Part shown: positions 60,601 to 64,000 of the stretch, one piece after another
Position numbering within the stretch: the stretch's first letter is position 1
Layout of the letters: each line of letters starts with the position of its first letter
Assembly (NCBI GenBank): GCA_002269645.1
Contig: NIVC01000299.1
Coordinates: 1-64,000, forward strand
Source: Macrostomum lignano
Lineage: Eukaryota
Length of the DNA: 64,000 nucleotides
Direction of reading: 5' to 3'
Program-made: the position numbers and the translations under genes
Notes under the pieces: model-generated
Told to the model about the DNA's origin: nothing
The model's input: only the letters and a program-made list of their open reading frames with translations
The model's database searches: none

Positions 60601-61917
60601 ACAGAGGAGATGCCGCGAGAGTAGGAAACGTAATTACCATTGAGCTACTCGGAAGCACGAAGGCAGCTCTCTAAAAATCGAAGGCAGATCAGATTTTTAA
60701 GCTGTCGCAGTAAACTGCGGAAATTCCACTTGTGACAGCGAGACAACCAGCAGACAGGGTGTGCTGCTATTGGCTGCTGCTCGTTGCTCTTAATTGGTGA
60801 TGTAGATCCAGGGAGTCTGCAGTGCCCGGAGAGGGCATTTCACCGATGTTAATCAGGCGCTATTGCCGGGTAAAGCGGATAGGTGTTCGTAGATAGGACG
60901 GTCTCCGTGCCGGAGAGAGCTGCACGTACAGTATATGCATGCAGGCCGGTAATGGAAAAAGGGAGAGGGATTGGACCGCGGGGGGGGGGCAGGCGCCCGT
61001 TGTTTAGAAGCGGGCACGCCGCCGCCCCTAAATCGTAATCAAAGCTTCTGTTGCAACTATGAATGGATCATCATCACACTTATATTAATTATAATTGGAT
61101 TATTAAGGGGTAGAATAATTTTGCGATACTTCGGTCTCTTTCTCAAAGTTTCTTTCCTTCTACTTAAGTCTTAAGACCTCTTAGATGATTTCATTACATG
61201 AAAAATTGTTTCTTGTTTCGGACCTTTTGATAGAACGAAGCTTCAAAGCATGCATCTAGCATGTGAAGCTGTACACCTTATAAGGCGATAGTCTTCATTA
61301 AAATTTTTTTTTTCGTTTATTGATTTAAATATTTTTATTTAAATTCTGAATTAATTCACAGTTAATTTTTAAGCTTTTATTTTTACTTTAGTTGTTAAAA
61401 CGATTGCTTCTATAGCTACGGCACGCTAGAACACAAAAAATACAATTGCGAGTTAATTTTAACCATTAAATTCTGTACCCTTATTCAAAGCTCTTTACTG
61501 TACTTCCCTCTCATGCTTAAGAGAAATAAAAGCCTTAGCTTTGATTTATTATTTTACTAAATTCCTTCTGAAGCAATAATGAAGACTATGTTACAGTCTG
61601 CTCAAACTCAAATTAATCGTTTTCATTTCCACAATAAATCTCCGTTTAGATTACATTACAACCAACATTTATTGACATCAAGTACTCGTTTAGAAACTAG
61701 CTTCATTAAAACCTAAAATCTGCAAAGAAAGAATCATTTAATATTTTATTTAAAATAGTTATTTACATTAAATAGCTTATTCATTGCCACCTAAATATGT
61801 ATGGAGTTAAATGTGCCCACTAATACATACTATTTTCTGTTAATACAATACATATTCGTAAAAAATGTATTCATAATCGCCTTAGTGTGTATTGATTTTA
61901 TTAAATTATATTTATTT

Positions 61918-62026
<109 letters not shown>

Positions 62027-62905
62027 GTTCAGGTATTAACAAGGTCAACCTCTAATTTCTTGGTTGACAATCTAGTTATCAAATTAATATAATATTTAGC
62101 ATCTTATGAGTAAATTGTTCATTTGAGTTTTCAAATCATTTTTATTTTAAATAATTGCCTTTGCAGTGCAGTCAAAGAAGTTTCTGGGTAAATAGGGTTT
62201 TATTAAAAAGTTTATTTTGCTAGAAACAGTTTTAATAACACTTTCCATAGTTGCTCCATATTTGTTTTGCCATTTTTTTCAAATGAGTATTAAAAAAATC
62301 ACTCTAATTAAGCAGTTAAAATTAAAATTAAGCAGCTGCTAAGTATGCCCTGTGTTTTTATGGCTGTTTTGTATTTCTACAATCAAAATAATTAATTGGT
62401 TCGTTTTTATTCAAATTATTTACGAATTTTTCAGTGAAAACATTGTCTAAACTAGAGTTATTTTATTTTTTTCAAGATTTTCTACATAAATAAGTAATAT
62501 AGGTAATTTTCAATAATATCCTGTAAAATCTTTATGTCTATGTTTTATATGAGATTAAGCATGACTTTTCGGGCCCTCGTGATTTATACAAATAGCTCCC
62601 TCAAAAGGAATGCTAGCAGGTTGATCTGGACAGACAAAAACTCTTAGACAACTTAACAGATATTGCCTCGATATGCAATAGTTTTAATTTAAAAAAACTG
62701 AGATCTCTTTGTTTAAGTAAAATCGAGCTACAGCTATTTTTAGAACAGCTATACTCGTAAGTATAGTTTTCTCCATAGACGAGCTCACGCAGTTATGAGT
62801 TATTTTAAGCTCAACTTTGCGGAACCAAATAAACAGTCGATGAGCTGAGAACTTTCCGAACGCTCACACGCGATGCAACAAAAAACTTGTTTATTTAACC
62901 CGGCG

Positions 62906-63265
62906 ATGCCCCGTCCGTTGCAGCGCAAGCAGATGAAAAGTGGCGGCAACCGCAGCAAGAAGGTGAAGGTCTGGGTTCGAGTCCGGCCCAGCCAGAACTT
63001 CGCCGACGACGCCATCAAGCTGGACCCGGAGGGCCGGTCGCTGCAGATCAGCGTGCCGCGGCCCGGCGGCGACCAGCAGCCGCAGCAGCGCGGCTTCGCC
63101 AACAACCAGCGCTCCGACTGGTCCTTCCGCACCGACGGCATCTTCTCCAACTCCTCGCAGCAGGAGGTCTACGAGACTGTGGGGGCCGACCTCATCGAAA
63201 GCGGCTTGGCGGGCTACAACGGCACCATCATGTGCTACGGCCAGACCGGAGCGGGTGAGCTGAGC

Positions 63266-63296
<31 letters not shown>

Positions 63297-63357
63297 GTGT
63301 CTGTCTGTGTGTCTGTCTGTCTGTCTGTCTGTGTGTCTGTCTGTGTGTCTGTCTGTG

Positions 63358-63398
<41 letters not shown>

Positions 63399-63489
63399 TA
63401 GTGTCTGTCTTAGTGTCTGTCTGTGTGTCTGTCTGTGTGCCTGTCTGTCTGTCTGTCTGTCTGTGTGTCTGTCTGTGTGTCTGTCTGTG

Positions 63490-63532
<43 letters not shown>

Positions 63533-63545
63533 GTGTCTGTCTGTG

Positions 63546-63612
<67 letters not shown>

Positions 63613-63613
63613 A

Positions 63614-63650
<37 letters not shown>

Positions 63651-64000
63651 TAGTGAATCTACAAAGCTGCTTGCCAATGCTCAAAGATCGCTCTCGTGCG
63701 TGGTGTTTCAGGCAAAACTTTCACCATCACGGGTGCCACCGAGATGTTCCACAATCGCGGTCTGGTGCCCAGGGCGCTGAGCCATCTGTACAAGGAGATC
63801 GAGGCCAAGTCCGACCTGGCCATCACGGTGCGCATTACCTACTTGGAGATCTACAACGACACCATGCTGGACCTGCTGGCCACCATGCCCGACAGCCAGG
63901 AGGCCGGCAGCCCGCTGGTCATCACCGAGGAGAATGGCGGCGTCTACGTCAAAGGCCTGAATGTCCACCTGGCGCAATCGGAGGAGGAGGCGCTGAACCT
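62906..64000 (+). CDS. KIF9: Kinesin-9 family motor (KIF9-like), 5' part; runs off the window
   Basis: Exon 62906-63254 reads [47 protein letters not shown]. Exon 63712 onward reads [39 protein letters not shown]. The P-loop is split by a phase-1 intron. NNQ..DWSF and TGATE are KIF9-type segments. Confidence 0.88.
63265..63650. repeat. (TCTG)n/(TG) microsatellite in KIF9 intron 1
   Basis: Fills intron 63255-63711; contains TCTTAGTG interruptions. Confidence 0.97.

Overview
Eukaryotic (metazoan) genomic DNA. It has GC-rich exons with GT-AG introns, polyQ tracts, many minisatellites and DNA-transposon MITEs. This style is most consistent with a Macrostomum-like flatworm, but that is inference and not verified. 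Genes reconstructed by hand from splice signals and phases: the 3' end of an unknown gene; a secreted His-rich protein with a duplicated MHGVLMHGD motif; a ~2,158-aa GRL101/RXFP-like GPCR (CUB, C-type lectin, LDLa, LRR and 7TM domains); an HMG-box protein; a secreted PAN+LamG-like protein; a secreted Notch-ligand-like C2/truncated-DSL/EGF protein with no transmembrane segment; a ~1,180-aa protein with MSP-like domains and polyQ; two intact copies and one fragment of a small 6-Cys secreted peptide; a WSC+PAN protein; and the 5' end of KIF9. Repeats and mobile elements: an 8.6-kb 23-bp satellite, about ten different minisatellites (many inside introns), hAT-type MITEs with 8-bp TSDs, a nested foldback cluster, a tRNA-derived SINE family (one copy shows RIP-like directional C>T/G>A change), and a recent 5'-truncated RT+RNase H LINE inserted into a Gypsy integrase relic. 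Four genes carry frame breaks that single C/G insertions at short runs would repair, most likely long-read assembly errors. No prokaryotic system or CRISPR array is supported.
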